This document shows positions 42,669 through 52,680 of a stretch of 64,000 nucleotides of DNA, piece by piece. Origin of the DNA: Nitrospirota bacterium. GTDB lineage: Bacteria > Nitrospirota > UBA9217. The notes beneath the pieces were generated by a model, which was not told the origin of the DNA, did no database searches, and worked only from the letters and a program-made list of their open reading frames with translations. The translations under genes and the position numbers were made by a program. Position 1 is the first letter of the stretch. The number at the start of each line of letters is the position of its first letter. The stretch lies in contig DASPSR010000020.1 in the NCBI GenBank assembly GCA_035623825.1, positions 32,001 to 96,000 of the forward strand, given 5' to 3'.

Positions 42669-43763
42669 TTAGCGCGCTTTCTTCAGTGACTCAAAGAAAT
42701 CATAATAGTCATCCACCATCCGTTCGCGGCTGAATTTCGCGGCCACCCACTGCCGTCCCGCATCAGACATTGCTTGCCTCAGAGCTTTATCCGCCAATAC
42801 CCGTATGACCGCGGATGCCATCTCACGAGCTCCACCGTCAACCAGCATGCCCGTCCCGCAGCCCTCAAGGGCGTCCCTGATGCCACCATCGTTGACCGCG
42901 ATTACCGGCGCACCCATAGCGAGAGATTCAAGCACCCATATGCCGAACCCTTCGTTGCGGTGAGTGCTAACCGCAACATCGATATCTCCATAGAGCGAGA
43001 GCATTTCTTCTTTCGACAATCTCCCTGTCCAGATCACGGCATCGGTAAGACCGAGTCTGGAGGCCCGGTCCTTGAATTCTCCGATCTGGCCTATGCCGAT
43101 TGCAGAAGCGACCAGGACATATTTAACATCGGGAAACGTTTTCCGGATCTCCGCAAGCGCATCCAGGAACTCTATTTGGTTCTTCCAGAGGTCTCCCACC
43201 GTGGCAATAACTTTCGTGCCTGGGGAGAGGCCAAAACGGTTCCTGAACTGCCCCGATGGCGTTGTTCCCGGCTTGAATTTCCCGAGATCAATCCCGTAAT
43301 ACAGGATGCTCGTTCTTTTCGCTACGGAAGGAGCGAATTTCGCTATTTTCCCGGCGATGTATCGTGATATGGTGGTGATCCTGTCCATTCGGCTGAGAAG
43401 GAATCGGGATCTCAGAAATTCAGGGACCTGTACCGTGTAGGTGAGAATGGGTTTTCGAAGGGACAGCATCGAAGCCGTCCACGACTGGATGACATCATGG
43501 CCGCGTTGAATGCTTACGATCTCGTAACCGCCACGCTTTATGATCTTCGCGATCTTGAAGGCCGAAGTGAGGGCGCCGGCTCCTGAGCGGTTGATGGGAT
43601 AGACCTCGATGCCGGCCTCCACGAACATTTCAGCAAGAGGCGTCTTCGGCCGACACACGAGCCCGACCTTCACACCCTTGCCCGCGAGCCCCGGCAGAAG
43701 GTCGCGAAGGAATTCCTCCCCGCCTCCTCTTCCCCGAAAATTGTTGACAAACAGGATTTTCAT
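42669..43763 (-). CDS. Glycosyltransferase family 4
   Basis: GGGEE, EGFGIWVLESLAMG; start refined to MKILFV. Confidence 0.9.
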   Translation of the reverse strand: MKILFVNNFRGRGGGEEFLRDLLPGLAGKGVKVGLVCRPKTPLAEMFVEAGIEVYPINRSGAGALTSAFKIAKIIKRGGYEIVSIQRGHDVIQSWTASMLSLRKPILTYTVQVPEFLRSRFLLSRMDRITTISRYIAGKIAKFAPSVAKRTSILYYGIDLGKFKPGTTPSGQFRNRFGLSPGTKVIATVGDLWKNQIEFLDALAEIRKTFPDVKYVLVASAIGIGQIGEFKDRASRLGLTDAVIWTGRLSKEEMLSLYGDIDVAVSTHRNEGFGIWVLESLAMGAPVIAVNDGGIRDALEGCGTGMLVDGGAREMASAVIRVLADKALRQAMSDAGRQWVAAKFSRERMVDDYYDFFESLKKAR

Positions 43764-43902
43764 CACTGCTCGGCGTCTTGATGTCTCATGCCTGCTGACC
43801 CTCATGGTCGTTTATTGGGGTTTCTCAAAACCATCATTGCAATGAGCTTTCTTGTCCTCGATCCTTCTTTATCCTGGTCATTGCAAGATTACTAACTTTC
43901 GT

Positions 43903-44673
43903 TCAGCCTTTTCCCATGCTTTTAGTGTACTCCCATGCCTTTGCGTACTTGGCGAAGACATAGTACGAATGGAACAGATTCAACACAAGCCCGTGTTTCC
44001 CATCAAGAAAGCCGAGGCGGAAGATGTATTTTAACAGGAACGTCAGCACGGGCCGCAGCATGATATTCACGGGGCCCGCTTTTATGCTGCCGATGCCCTT
44101 TTCAGCCATTACACTGACGGCGAGGGAAGAGTATTTATTGATGGAAGACATGTAGGATGAAAGATCGGGATACGCCATATGCTCGATGGCGAATCGCGTT
44201 CGGCCGACAGTCCCCTGTACTTTGATCGCTTCATGAACGGCCCGCTCCTGGAAGCGTCCCCTGTTCCTACGAAATAATCGAAGATTGTAATCCGGGTACC
44301 ATCCTCCGTGCCTGATCTGTTTTCCGAGGAAAAACGTCTTACGCGGGATCCTATACCCGGCATGGGACTCTTTGGACGATATGATGGTACGGATCTCATC
44401 AGCGAGCGGGGCTTCTATCGGCTCATCAGCATCAAGGCTCAATATCCAGTCGCCGCTGGTCTTGTCAATGGCAAGATTTTTCTGACTTGCGAAACCGAGC
44501 CAGTCCTGATGGAAGACCTTGTCCGTGTATTCGCGACAGATCTGGACGGTCTTGTCCGTGCTTCCCGAATCAACGATCACGATCTCATCGGCCCATTTGA
44601 CGCACTCGAGCGTCCGGCGGATGTTAGACTCTTCGTTATAGGTGATGATGGCGACTGACAGTTTAGGGGCCAT
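43903..44673 (-). CDS. GT2, LPS core beta-1,4-glucosyltransferase-like (WaaE/KdtX)
   Basis: ITYNEE, VDSGSTD, LDADE, GWYPD, VHE, GFLDGKHG. Confidence 0.88.
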   Translation of the reverse strand: MAPKLSVAIITYNEESNIRRTLECVKWADEIVIVDSGSTDKTVQICREYTDKVFHQDWLGFASQKNLAIDKTSGDWILSLDADEPIEAPLADEIRTIISSKESHAGYRIPRKTFFLGKQIRHGGWYPDYNLRLFRRNRGRFQERAVHEAIKVQGTVGRTRFAIEHMAYPDLSSYMSSINKYSSLAVSVMAEKGIGSIKAGPVNIMLRPVLTFLLKYIFRLGFLDGKHGLVLNLFHSYYVFAKYAKAWEYTKSMGKG

Positions 44674-44715
44674 ATTAACCATGAAAGATCTCAAGCAGTG
44701 GAAGCGAGCTACTTA

Positions 44716-45789
44716 TCATCCTTCTGCCGACAACCCGGAAATCTTGATTCCTTCCCGAAGAACTTCCTCTACCGTAATTTGCTCCATGCATGCCGGTCTC
44801 AAGCGTGCCGAGGGCTCGCATTCAGAAAAAAACTTTTGCCTGCACGGGGAACACTTTAATCCTTTGTAAATGACCTTTGAGCGTTTGCTCCAGGGACCGA
44901 ATTTGACCGGTGACTGCGGCCCAAAGAGGGCTACAAGGGGAGTCTGCGCCGCTGCTGCAAGATGCATGATTCCGCTGTCGTTTCCCACAAAGAGGGCGCA
45001 CTTTTTCAATAAGGCGATCGTTTCGCGAAGCGTACACTTGCCGACAAGGTCTACGGTACCTTCCCCGAACTGATGCCTCACTTGATTGAATGTTCTGCTA
45101 TCGCCTGTGCTTCCCACAATGATCGAACGGCAACCGGTTTCACTGCTTAACCGCTGGGCAAGTGAGGCAAAGTTTTCCAAGGGCCAGCCGCGCTCCACGA
45201 CCGCAGAAAAGGGATGCAGTGCAACCAATTTTTCTCCTGGACCTATCCCCTCTTTCAGCAGCAGCTGCCGGACGGCCTCTTCTTCCTTCGGCTCGGCCCA
45301 TATCTCTAAATAATCATCAGCTACTGGTATCCCGTCGGCACGCAATACATCAAGAAAGTTCTGGACCTCATGCCGATCATGTCGATAAGGGACCCGCGTT
45401 GTAAGGAGAAAGCCCCTCCCTTCCGTGTCGAACCCTATGCGCTCTCGAGCCCCACTTAGATAGGCCATGACAGCGCTCGTGAGGGATCGCTTGAGCACGT
45501 AAACCTTCTGGAAACCCCTGGACCGCAGATCGCGGATAAAAGAAAGTTTGGCAGAAAACGTCCGGTGCGTTCCCCTGCTATCGGCATGTATGGTCACCGG
45601 GTCCCAGTAGATCATTTCGTCCACATAGGGTATTCCTTTGACAACGTCGGAAGAACCGGGCGCCACCATCCACGCGATGAAGGCCTGCGGCTCGGCTCGA
45701 CGCAGGTTCCGCAGGAACGGCACGGTCAGGACCGTATCACCGATGAACCGGTAGCGCATCACGAGTATTTTTTTCGCCTCGAGATTCAT
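44716..45789 (-). CDS. waaF: Lipopolysaccharide heptosyltransferase II (GT9)
   Basis: IGDTVLTVP, GNDSGIMHLAAA, ALFGP, CSPC. Confidence 0.85.
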   Translation of the reverse strand: MNLEAKKILVMRYRFIGDTVLTVPFLRNLRRAEPQAFIAWMVAPGSSDVVKGIPYVDEMIYWDPVTIHADSRGTHRTFSAKLSFIRDLRSRGFQKVYVLKRSLTSAVMAYLSGARERIGFDTEGRGFLLTTRVPYRHDRHEVQNFLDVLRADGIPVADDYLEIWAEPKEEEAVRQLLLKEGIGPGEKLVALHPFSAVVERGWPLENFASLAQRLSSETGCRSIIVGSTGDSRTFNQVRHQFGEGTVDLVGKCTLRETIALLKKCALFVGNDSGIMHLAAAAQTPLVALFGPQSPVKFGPWSKRSKVIYKGLKCSPCRQKFFSECEPSARLRPACMEQITVEEVLREGIKISGLSAEG

Positions 45790-45968
45790 CCTGGATTGTG
45801 ATGCATCCGTGAGAAGTGTTCTTTGCCACAGAGGACTTACTTACAGCTCATTTTACAAACAAGCAACTCCGGATGCTCTCCGTGACAAATGTCCGATGCT
45901 CCAATGTGACAGTCATCGTTTGTTCTAATTTGACTATCATGGACCATAACAGAATTTTCAGACCGGGA

Positions 45969-46991
45969 TCATGTCTTTACCGCGATCTTACCGTGCTCTT
46001 CCACCTTGTTCGCAAGGAAGCTGACCAGCGTTTCCAGACCCTCGCCGGTCACCGCCGAAACAGGGAAGAACCGATACCCGGCCTCATGACAGTGCAGCTC
46101 CAGTGCCTCAAGCTTTTCATGGTCCGCAGCGTCTATCTTGGTTGCTGCCACGGCCATGTACTTCTTCATGAGATCCTTGCTGTAGAGTTCGAGCTCGGTA
46201 TTGATCTTTTTGAAATTCTCAACAGGGTCACCGGGCACCATGCCGGACACGTCCACCAGATGAAGGAGGATTGAGGTCCGCTCGACATGGCGCAGAAATT
46301 CGAACCCGAGGCCCGCACCCTTATGCGCATTCTCGATGAGACCCGGAATATCCGCAACGACGAAGCTCTTCCTGCCTTCCGGCTTCACCACACCGAGCAC
46401 CGGGGTGAGCGTGGTGAAGGGATAATCCGCGATTTTCGGCTTGGCGGCTGAAATGCGCGAGATGAGCGTTGATTTGCCCGCATTCGGGAATCCCACAAGC
46501 CCGACATTGGCAAGAAGCTTGAGCTCAAGAAAAAGTAACTGCTCTTCACCGGGTTCGCCAGGCTGGGCAAACCTCGGCGCCTGGTGAGTCGCCGTCTTGA
46601 AAAAGGCGTTCCCCTTTCCGCCTCTCCCTCCTTTCGCGGCAATGAACTCCAGTCCGTCGGCATCCAGATCAATGATCAGCCCGTGGGTCTCGGCGTCGCA
46701 GACGAGCGTGCCAACGGGCACCCGGATCACAATACCGTCGGCGTCAGCGCCGGACTGCTGCTTTCCGCGGCCCTGCTCACCGTTCTTGGCGAAATAATTC
46801 TGCTGGTACTTGAGATCGATAAGCGTACCGAGCTGGCTGTCTGCCCTGATGATGATGTCACCACCCTTGCCGCCATCGCCGCCATCCGGTCCCCCGCGCG
46901 GTACATAGGCCTCACGCCTGAAGCTGACACAACCGCGCCCGCCGTGGCCCGCCTTAACATCAATCTTGACTCTGTCAATAAAGTTGGACAT
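45969..46991 (-). CDS. obgE: GTPase ObgE/CgtA
   Basis: Gly-rich Obg fold, GFPNAGKS, YPFTT, DIPG, FLRHVER. Confidence 0.97.
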   Translation of the reverse strand: MSNFIDRVKIDVKAGHGGRGCVSFRREAYVPRGGPDGGDGGKGGDIIIRADSQLGTLIDLKYQQNYFAKNGEQGRGKQQSGADADGIVIRVPVGTLVCDAETHGLIIDLDADGLEFIAAKGGRGGKGNAFFKTATHQAPRFAQPGEPGEEQLLFLELKLLANVGLVGFPNAGKSTLISRISAAKPKIADYPFTTLTPVLGVVKPEGRKSFVVADIPGLIENAHKGAGLGFEFLRHVERTSILLHLVDVSGMVPGDPVENFKKINTELELYSKDLMKKYMAVAATKIDAADHEKLEALELHCHEAGYRFFPVSAVTGEGLETLVSFLANKVEEHGKIAVKT

Positions 46992-47224
46992 CTTTACCCT
47001 GTAAAACTAACGCAAACACATCAGAAGCTGCATCATCATTGCATCCTCCCAAAAGGAGCGCGGCAACCCTCGCGGTACATCCGTGATTACTTAGACCGCC
47101 GCACTGCACGCAATGACACAATATCAGATGCTTTCGTACTCAATGAAAATATAATGAAAATATACAGAGACCATTCTAAAAATGCAAGCCTTGAAAACAA
47201 AGGAGAAAAATGCCATCAAGGCTT

Positions 47225-47260
47225 GAAAAAGAAAAAGGCGGCATGATTGAAATGCCGCCT
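47225..47260 (-). terminator. Intrinsic terminator after rpmA
   Basis: AGGCGGCAT/ATGCCGCCT 9-bp stem, 7-nt loop, followed by a U tract on the minus strand. Confidence 0.8.
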
Positions 47261-47290
47261 CTTTAATACCCCCGGACAATGAAAGTCCTG

Positions 47291-47548
47291 TTACACCGCT
47301 TCGTAGACGCTCACCTGCTTGCGGGTCTTGTCAAAGCGCTCGAACTTCACAAAACCCCTGACCTTGGCAAAAAGCGTGTCATCACTGCCCTTACCCACGT
47401 TATTACCGGGATGGAACTTGGTCCCGCGCTGCCTTACGATGATCGTACCGGCGTTCACAAGCTGGCCGTCAAAACGCTTTACGCCGAGGTACTGTGGGTT
47501 GCTGTCCCTTCCATTTCTTGAACTGCCAACGCCTTTTTTATGAGCCAT
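47291..47548 (-). CDS. rpmA: 50S ribosomal protein L27
   Basis: [16 protein letters not shown]; GGAGG upstream. Confidence 0.98.
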   Translation of the reverse strand: MAHKKGVGSSRNGRDSNPQYLGVKRFDGQLVNAGTIIVRQRGTKFHPGNNVGKGSDDTLFAKVRGFVKFERFDKTRKQVSVYEAV

Positions 47549-47647
47549 GATCTGATCCTCCGAAAAAACAATATCCAAATTTCAAGCTCTGACATGCAGA
47601 AAACTTCATAAATTTCAACGACCGAGAGCAAATCCCGGGCGCTCGCC

Positions 47648-47959
47648 CTACGCTTTGATCTCTTTCACCTTGATCGCCGTGTAATTTTGGCGGTGACCAG
47701 TGGTCTTGCGAAATCCCTTGCGCCTCCGGTGCTTGAATATGAGGAGCTTCTCGCCCCTGCCCTCTTCCACCACTTCCGCCGTAACAGTCGCGGATTCAAG
47801 TGTGGGCTTGCCGACGGATATCTTGTCTCCGTCTGCGATCATATAAACATCTTTTATCTCAACGGTATCGCCCTTCTTGGCATCAAGGGTTTCCACCCTT
47901 ACCACCTCTCCGGGCGCTACCTTGTACTGTTTTCCCCCGGTCATAATGACTGCGTACAT
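47648..47959 (-). CDS. rplU: 50S ribosomal protein L21
   Basis: MYAVIMTGGKQYKV...GHRQ; GGAGG upstream. Confidence 0.98.
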   Translation of the reverse strand: MYAVIMTGGKQYKVAPGEVVRVETLDAKKGDTVEIKDVYMIADGDKISVGKPTLESATVTAEVVEEGRGEKLLIFKHRRRKGFRKTTGHRQNYTAIKVKEIKA

Positions 47960-48011
47960 TCCGAAAACCTCCTTCGCGCGATTCAACTTCCAGTTGTGCT
48001 TGCGAATTTGT

Positions 48012-48041
48012 AAAATACCATGTAATTCATCGAATTGTCAA
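48012..48041 (-). promoter_or_regulatory. sigma70-type promoter of rplU-rpmA
   Basis: TTGACA-18 bp-TATTTT with TG extension. Confidence 0.5.
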
Positions 48042-48123
48042 GGTAAAAAACAATTTGCCCTATAAATTCTGTCGATGTGGGTCCTCGACATGTTAAAATA
48101 CAGCGGACATAGGAGCCTCAGAG

Positions 48124-48966
48124 ATGGCATATCATGAGTTCACCATCCGGATACCAAACTTATTCAGAGACGCGCTTGTACAAATGCTTACATCAAAAAG
48201 CTGTCTCGGGGTTATCGAGCATGACAACGAGGTCATTGCCTATTTTCCGGAAACCATTGATAGCAATACCACATCAAGGGATCTCACCATTTTGAAGGAG
48301 CTTTTGAAAAAAACGCACCGAAATCTCGAACTGACCTTTGACCACAGCATCATCCCAGATCAGGACTGGAACGAATCCTGGAAAAAGGGCTTCACTTCTC
48401 TCGATGTCGGGAAACTGTTCACCATCCTCCCTCCCTGGGAGGGGGAAAAAAGCGGCCGCATAAATTTGATTATCGACCCCGGCATGGCTTTCGGCACCGG
48501 ACACCATGAGACCACGCGTTCGTGCCTTGTGCTCATGGGAAAATATGCGATAAAAAGCTCAAAAGACCGGTTTCTCGACCTGGGCACCGGCACGGGTCTC
48601 CTCGCTATCGCAGCCTCGAGGCTCGGCTACAGACAGGTAGTCGCACTCGACATCGATCCCCTTGCCGTGGAGGCGGCAGTTAAGAATGTCTCACTGAACC
48701 GCATCGAAAATGTGCTGATCAAGACAGGAAGCATAACAGATGTAGAAGGATCGTTCGACTGCATTGCTGCGAACATCATCTCCAGCGTGTTGACCTTTCT
48801 GGCTCCCGAAATCTCTTCCCGTTTGAACCCCTCCGGCGTAACCATTCTTTCCGGCATCCTTGCCGAACAGGCGGATGAAGTCGTCAAGGCATACGAGCTG
48901 ACAGGCCTGATGTTCATCGAGAATTTCCCTGATGACAAGTGGGTCTCTCTCGTATTCCGTAAATAG
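48124..48966 (+). CDS. prmA: Ribosomal protein L11 methyltransferase
   Basis: DWNESWK, IDPGMAFGTGHHETT, LDLGTGTG, ANI, LSGIL. Confidence 0.95.
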   Translation: MAYHEFTIRIPNLFRDALVQMLTSKSCLGVIEHDNEVIAYFPETIDSNTTSRDLTILKELLKKTHRNLELTFDHSIIPDQDWNESWKKGFTSLDVGKLFTILPPWEGEKSGRINLIIDPGMAFGTGHHETTRSCLVLMGKYAIKSSKDRFLDLGTGTGLLAIAASRLGYRQVVALDIDPLAVEAAVKNVSLNRIENVLIKTGSITDVEGSFDCIAANIISSVLTFLAPEISSRLNPSGVTILSGILAEQADEVVKAYELTGLMFIENFPDDKWVSLVFRK

Positions 48967-49025
48967 GCAATTTCTCCTATATCGGTAATGCTGATTTCAT
49001 GTAGAAAGGAACGTGCGTCTGCGGG

Positions 49026-50606
49026 TCATTCAGTGATAGGGCTAAACCATGCCTTCGTCGGTCCCTGCACGTAATGACAGTTGAACGAACAATAGGTCGG
49101 ATAATCGTTCAGCACGGTGGTCGTATATGCAGTGATTACCATCTCTCCGATGAGATCATTACCGAGCGTCAGGGTGTTGCTGTAGGCAAGCTCATCATAG
49201 ACCGCGCCGTACGGAGTATTCGAACCGTGGACATCATGGCAGTTGACGCACGTGATCCCCGACCCCACAGCCGTCCCCCGGAACGAAGTAGGCGCGCCGA
49301 GATGGAACCAATGAAGATTGGAATCTTGCACCCATACACCATAATCGTTCAAAGGACTCCCGCTGTAAGGTAGGCCGGGATCCGGAACATTGTGGTCTGC
49401 AAAATGCGTGACCACCCCGGATGTATAATAAGGCGGGTTATATCCATTCGGCCCCCACAAGAAGCCGTAACCTGAATCCAGGATTCCTCCGAACTTGACG
49501 CCAAGGGTGTCTTCCTTCGTGAAGCCTGGATAGCCGGCATGGCAATTAAAGCAGAGCGTGAAGTCAGATTCATAGTACGTGGCCGTATTCTGGGAATAAA
49601 CGAAGTTCTGCGTGGCCAGTATTTGACTGGTCGAACCATGGGCGTTGATGGCTCCGCTGTTGCCATGACAACCGGTTCCGGCAGCACCAGTCCCGAGACA
49701 GGTCAGCTTCAATCCCGATACATGGTTGCCGTTTGGGCCATGGCCATGGGATTTTGCCCAGCTGCTCGCAATCCTGGTGGCATAGGAATACGGGGGTGTG
49801 CCCAGTGCCGACCCGTCATCGAACGGGCTTGTGGGTGTCCCTCCGGAAACGAACGTAGCTGTAGCCCCGTTCTCGTCATGGCAGCTGAGGCAGAAAGGCT
49901 CAAGTCCGGCGACATTGGAAGGATCATAGGCGATGCTCGTACCTGCATTGTCGGCATTCCGCAGCCACACGGTGCCCGCTGTATGGTGTGACTGATCGTG
50001 ACAGACCTCGCACTGCGTGCCGGCCGGATCGCCGCTGGTTGTGACATGATGGGACACGATCGAAGCATTGCTTCCAAAATCCCCCTCTGGACCTGTGATA
50101 ATGCGCCGCGGGCCCAGGACGTACGAGTGGCATCCGCTGCAAAACTGGAAATTCACAGTCTCGGTCCCGTACCAGTCGAGCGTGTCCGTTCCATGGCAGT
50201 TGAGGTCTGTGCACGACCCGGTGTGAGGCCCGGTTTCGTTTATCCATCTGCCGTTCGGGTTCGTCGAATCGAAATAAACAATTAGAACGGCGGGATTGCC
50301 TGTATCAAGAACCCCGTTCATGTGGGTTGGCTTAGTATAATATCCAAAGTGACATTTCTGGCAGGCAAGGCCTATAACTTGGACATGAGCGACATGCTTT
50401 CCAAATGTGCCTGTTCCATTCGTCACCAAAGGATCTGGTGATGCCGTGCTCGTCGAATTATGACAGACTGCGGTACAGTCTGTTATCGGAGGCCCTGGAG
50501 TCACCTGCTTTGTTGATATGGCATCAGGCCCCGGACTGTAACTGCATCCGTAAGCGAGGAGGGCTATCGAAATCAAACCGATTATATGCAAAAAAAACGT
50601 TTTCAT
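49026..50606 (-). CDS. Multiheme c-type cytochrome lipoprotein (6 CxxCH plus 4 atypical motifs; CxxxxCH...CxxCH domain)
   Basis: Lipobox-like LLAYGC; CQKCH, CSGCH, CEVCH, CLSCH, CFNCH, CVNCH; plus CTAVCH, CTDLNCH, CLGTGAAGTGCH, CSFNCH. Confidence 0.88.
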   Translation of the reverse strand: MKTFFLHIIGLISIALLAYGCSYSPGPDAISTKQVTPGPPITDCTAVCHNSTSTASPDPLVTNGTGTFGKHVAHVQVIGLACQKCHFGYYTKPTHMNGVLDTGNPAVLIVYFDSTNPNGRWINETGPHTGSCTDLNCHGTDTLDWYGTETVNFQFCSGCHSYVLGPRRIITGPEGDFGSNASIVSHHVTTSGDPAGTQCEVCHDQSHHTAGTVWLRNADNAGTSIAYDPSNVAGLEPFCLSCHDENGATATFVSGGTPTSPFDDGSALGTPPYSYATRIASSWAKSHGHGPNGNHVSGLKLTCLGTGAAGTGCHGNSGAINAHGSTSQILATQNFVYSQNTATYYESDFTLCFNCHAGYPGFTKEDTLGVKFGGILDSGYGFLWGPNGYNPPYYTSGVVTHFADHNVPDPGLPYSGSPLNDYGVWVQDSNLHWFHLGAPTSFRGTAVGSGITCVNCHDVHGSNTPYGAVYDELAYSNTLTLGNDLIGEMVITAYTTTVLNDYPTYCSFNCHYVQGPTKAWFSPITE

Positions 50607-50622
50607 CAAAACCGCTGCCCCA

Positions 50623-51225
50623 TTATTGTTTATGGCACAACCCGCAGTTCAAGGCCGGACTTACCGGATGCGGTGCTGACGTATGCCGCGCGACTTTGTG
50701 GCATACGACGCAGTTGTCAGCCGGTGCGAAACTGCCGCTGTAATGACACCATGTGCAATGCCGTTTGAGCCAGTTCCCGACATGGGTCCGCGGCTTGGTC
50801 TCGTTGTGGCATCTAACGCAAAAGTCCTGCTTATGACATGTCATGCAGCGCTCGCGGTTGCCTTCCGCCATGAACCCGTGGCTCAACGTGCGCCAGGTGT
50901 TCGTATGGTCGCGAGGCTTCCTCGTGTTATGACAGGTAATGCAATCATTCCACTTGTGACAGGTGAGACAGGATTTCCCGCTCTGGCCCGCCTCATTGAA
51001 GTTCATATTGGCCGATGCGCCATGAAACTCGATCCAGTTCCCCTTGTGCGAATCCGGCCTGGGGAACGGAATTTTGCCCCCGCCAGTTCCCGACACGCCA
51101 GACTGCACCGCTGGTGCGTAGCCGCCGTCTTCCGCTTGCACGTTCGCGCTGCTGCCCATCAGGCACGCCGCGGTGAGCACAATGCAGATGACGAACATTG
51201 TCATGACACGGACATTAAAAATCAT
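50623..51225 (-). CDS. Periplasmic heptaheme cytochrome c
   Basis: Signal peptide ending NVQA; CLTCH, CITCH, CMTCH, CVRCH, CTWCH, CVVCH, CGLCH; start is 51225 or 51204. Confidence 0.88.
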   Translation of the reverse strand: MIFNVRVMTMFVICIVLTAACLMGSSANVQAEDGGYAPAVQSGVSGTGGGKIPFPRPDSHKGNWIEFHGASANMNFNEAGQSGKSCLTCHKWNDCITCHNTRKPRDHTNTWRTLSHGFMAEGNRERCMTCHKQDFCVRCHNETKPRTHVGNWLKRHCTWCHYSGSFAPADNCVVCHKVARHTSAPHPVSPALNCGLCHKQ

Positions 51226-52630
51226 AGCGCATCCCCAGTTTAAGCGTCTGATAGTTCTCGATGCCGGACTCATACTCATAGCCGCCGTTTATCGAAATTC
51301 TCTTGCTGAGCGGATATCTTCCGTTTATATAATACGTACGCACGTTTTCTCTGAGTCCTTCTTCAACGTAATAATCGTACTTGTAGAGGCTGTAGTAGGT
51401 CCCGGCGTTTATACTGGCGCTCTTTTTGTTTTTGAAGGTATATCCGATATCAAGCCCCGCAGAGTAGTAGTGCGTTCCCGTGGTTTCCCACCGTTCGCCG
51501 GTAAGGGTGAACGCAAAGTCTTTCGGCAAATCGATGAGTTCGAACACCAGAAAGGCCCGGCTGTAATCCTTGTCGAACGCGCTCTCCTCGTTCTCTTCCA
51601 GAAGGCCCCGTTTGAAGTAGCCGACGTCCACCGCATAATGCAGACCGAAGAGCTTTCGGAGTTTCACATCAATGCTCTGGTAGGGAGCCGACTGTCCGAG
51701 GACCGCATAGTACAGTGAGAGCTCGTTCGAGAGTTCGTTCTGGGTGGAGAATTGACGGAAGTAGTTAACGTACATTTCGGTGTCCGCTTCGGGAAAGGAG
51801 CTTATGGCCTTCACACTCAGGTCCCGCGGATCGTCGTTGAGATAACGGTACTTGACTGAGGCCTTCAAGAACGTTCCGAAGCTCTGCCAGAGCTTGAGGG
51901 AGATCATCCGGTCGTGCAAATCGACCGGGGTAGACGATGTAGGGGGTGATTGTTCATCCTCGACGAACAGATAATCCAAGCTGAACCTGGTGCTCGTGCC
52001 GAGAGCATAATCGAGGCCGGCACCAGCCAAGGTGTCATCGCCCCAGTGATAGCCAATCTCATAGAGATGGACGGCGACACCGCCGTAAAGCGTCACATTG
52101 AGCGGGGAAGATGGCTTGATGTCGGCTGCGATACCGTCAAAAAAGACCTGCTCGTCCCTCGTACCCGTCTGCCTCCCCATCCGTATCTGCGTGAAATACG
52201 GAAAGGGATTATTGATATCGAGATGCGCCTCGTAAAGGTATGCGTGGTATGAAGCCTGGTAGGTATCACCGATGTCTTTCAGGGGATTAAAAAACGTCTG
52301 GTTATTGAGACCGCTAAAATCATTTCTCGCGGTCCCGAAGAAATGAAATTCGTAACGGTTCTCCTTCGGCATGGTGGCATCAAGCCGCAGTTCCCCGTAA
52401 GCGTCCTGATCCCTCCACGTCGTATCGGAATAAGCGGCCGTTCGGTACTCGTATCTGCCGGCAAGATACCCGCTAATATTGAAAAGATTATCCGATGATT
52501 GTTCAGATCCGGACACGTCTACGGACGTCGTATACGCAAACAGATGAAAGGGGGAAAGAACGAACAACGAAAAGAGAAGTAAGAGGACTGAGAGAAGTAT
52601 GCGGCGAAATAGTATATTTTTATTCTTCAA
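51215..52630 (-). CDS. Putative outer-membrane beta-barrel (porin of a porin-cytochrome module)
   Basis: Signal peptide, Tyr/Phe-rich alternating strands, RMGRQ...FDG motif, C-terminal LGMRYDF barrel signature. Confidence 0.8.
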   Translation of the reverse strand: MKNKNILFRRILLSVLLLLFSLFVLSPFHLFAYTTSVDVSGSEQSSDNLFNISGYLAGRYEYRTAAYSDTTWRDQDAYGELRLDATMPKENRYEFHFFGTARNDFSGLNNQTFFNPLKDIGDTYQASYHAYLYEAHLDINNPFPYFTQIRMGRQTGTRDEQVFFDGIAADIKPSSPLNVTLYGGVAVHLYEIGYHWGDDTLAGAGLDYALGTSTRFSLDYLFVEDEQSPPTSSTPVDLHDRMISLKLWQSFGTFLKASVKYRYLNDDPRDLSVKAISSFPEADTEMYVNYFRQFSTQNELSNELSLYYAVLGQSAPYQSIDVKLRKLFGLHYAVDVGYFKRGLLEENEESAFDKDYSRAFLVFELIDLPKDFAFTLTGERWETTGTHYYSAGLDIGYTFKNKKSASINAGTYYSLYKYDYYVEEGLRENVRTYYINGRYPLSKRISINGGYEYESGIENYQTLKLGMRYDF

Positions 52631-52680
52631 ATATATATTCCCCCGTTGCTCCTGAACTACAATAGATAATAATCGATAAA

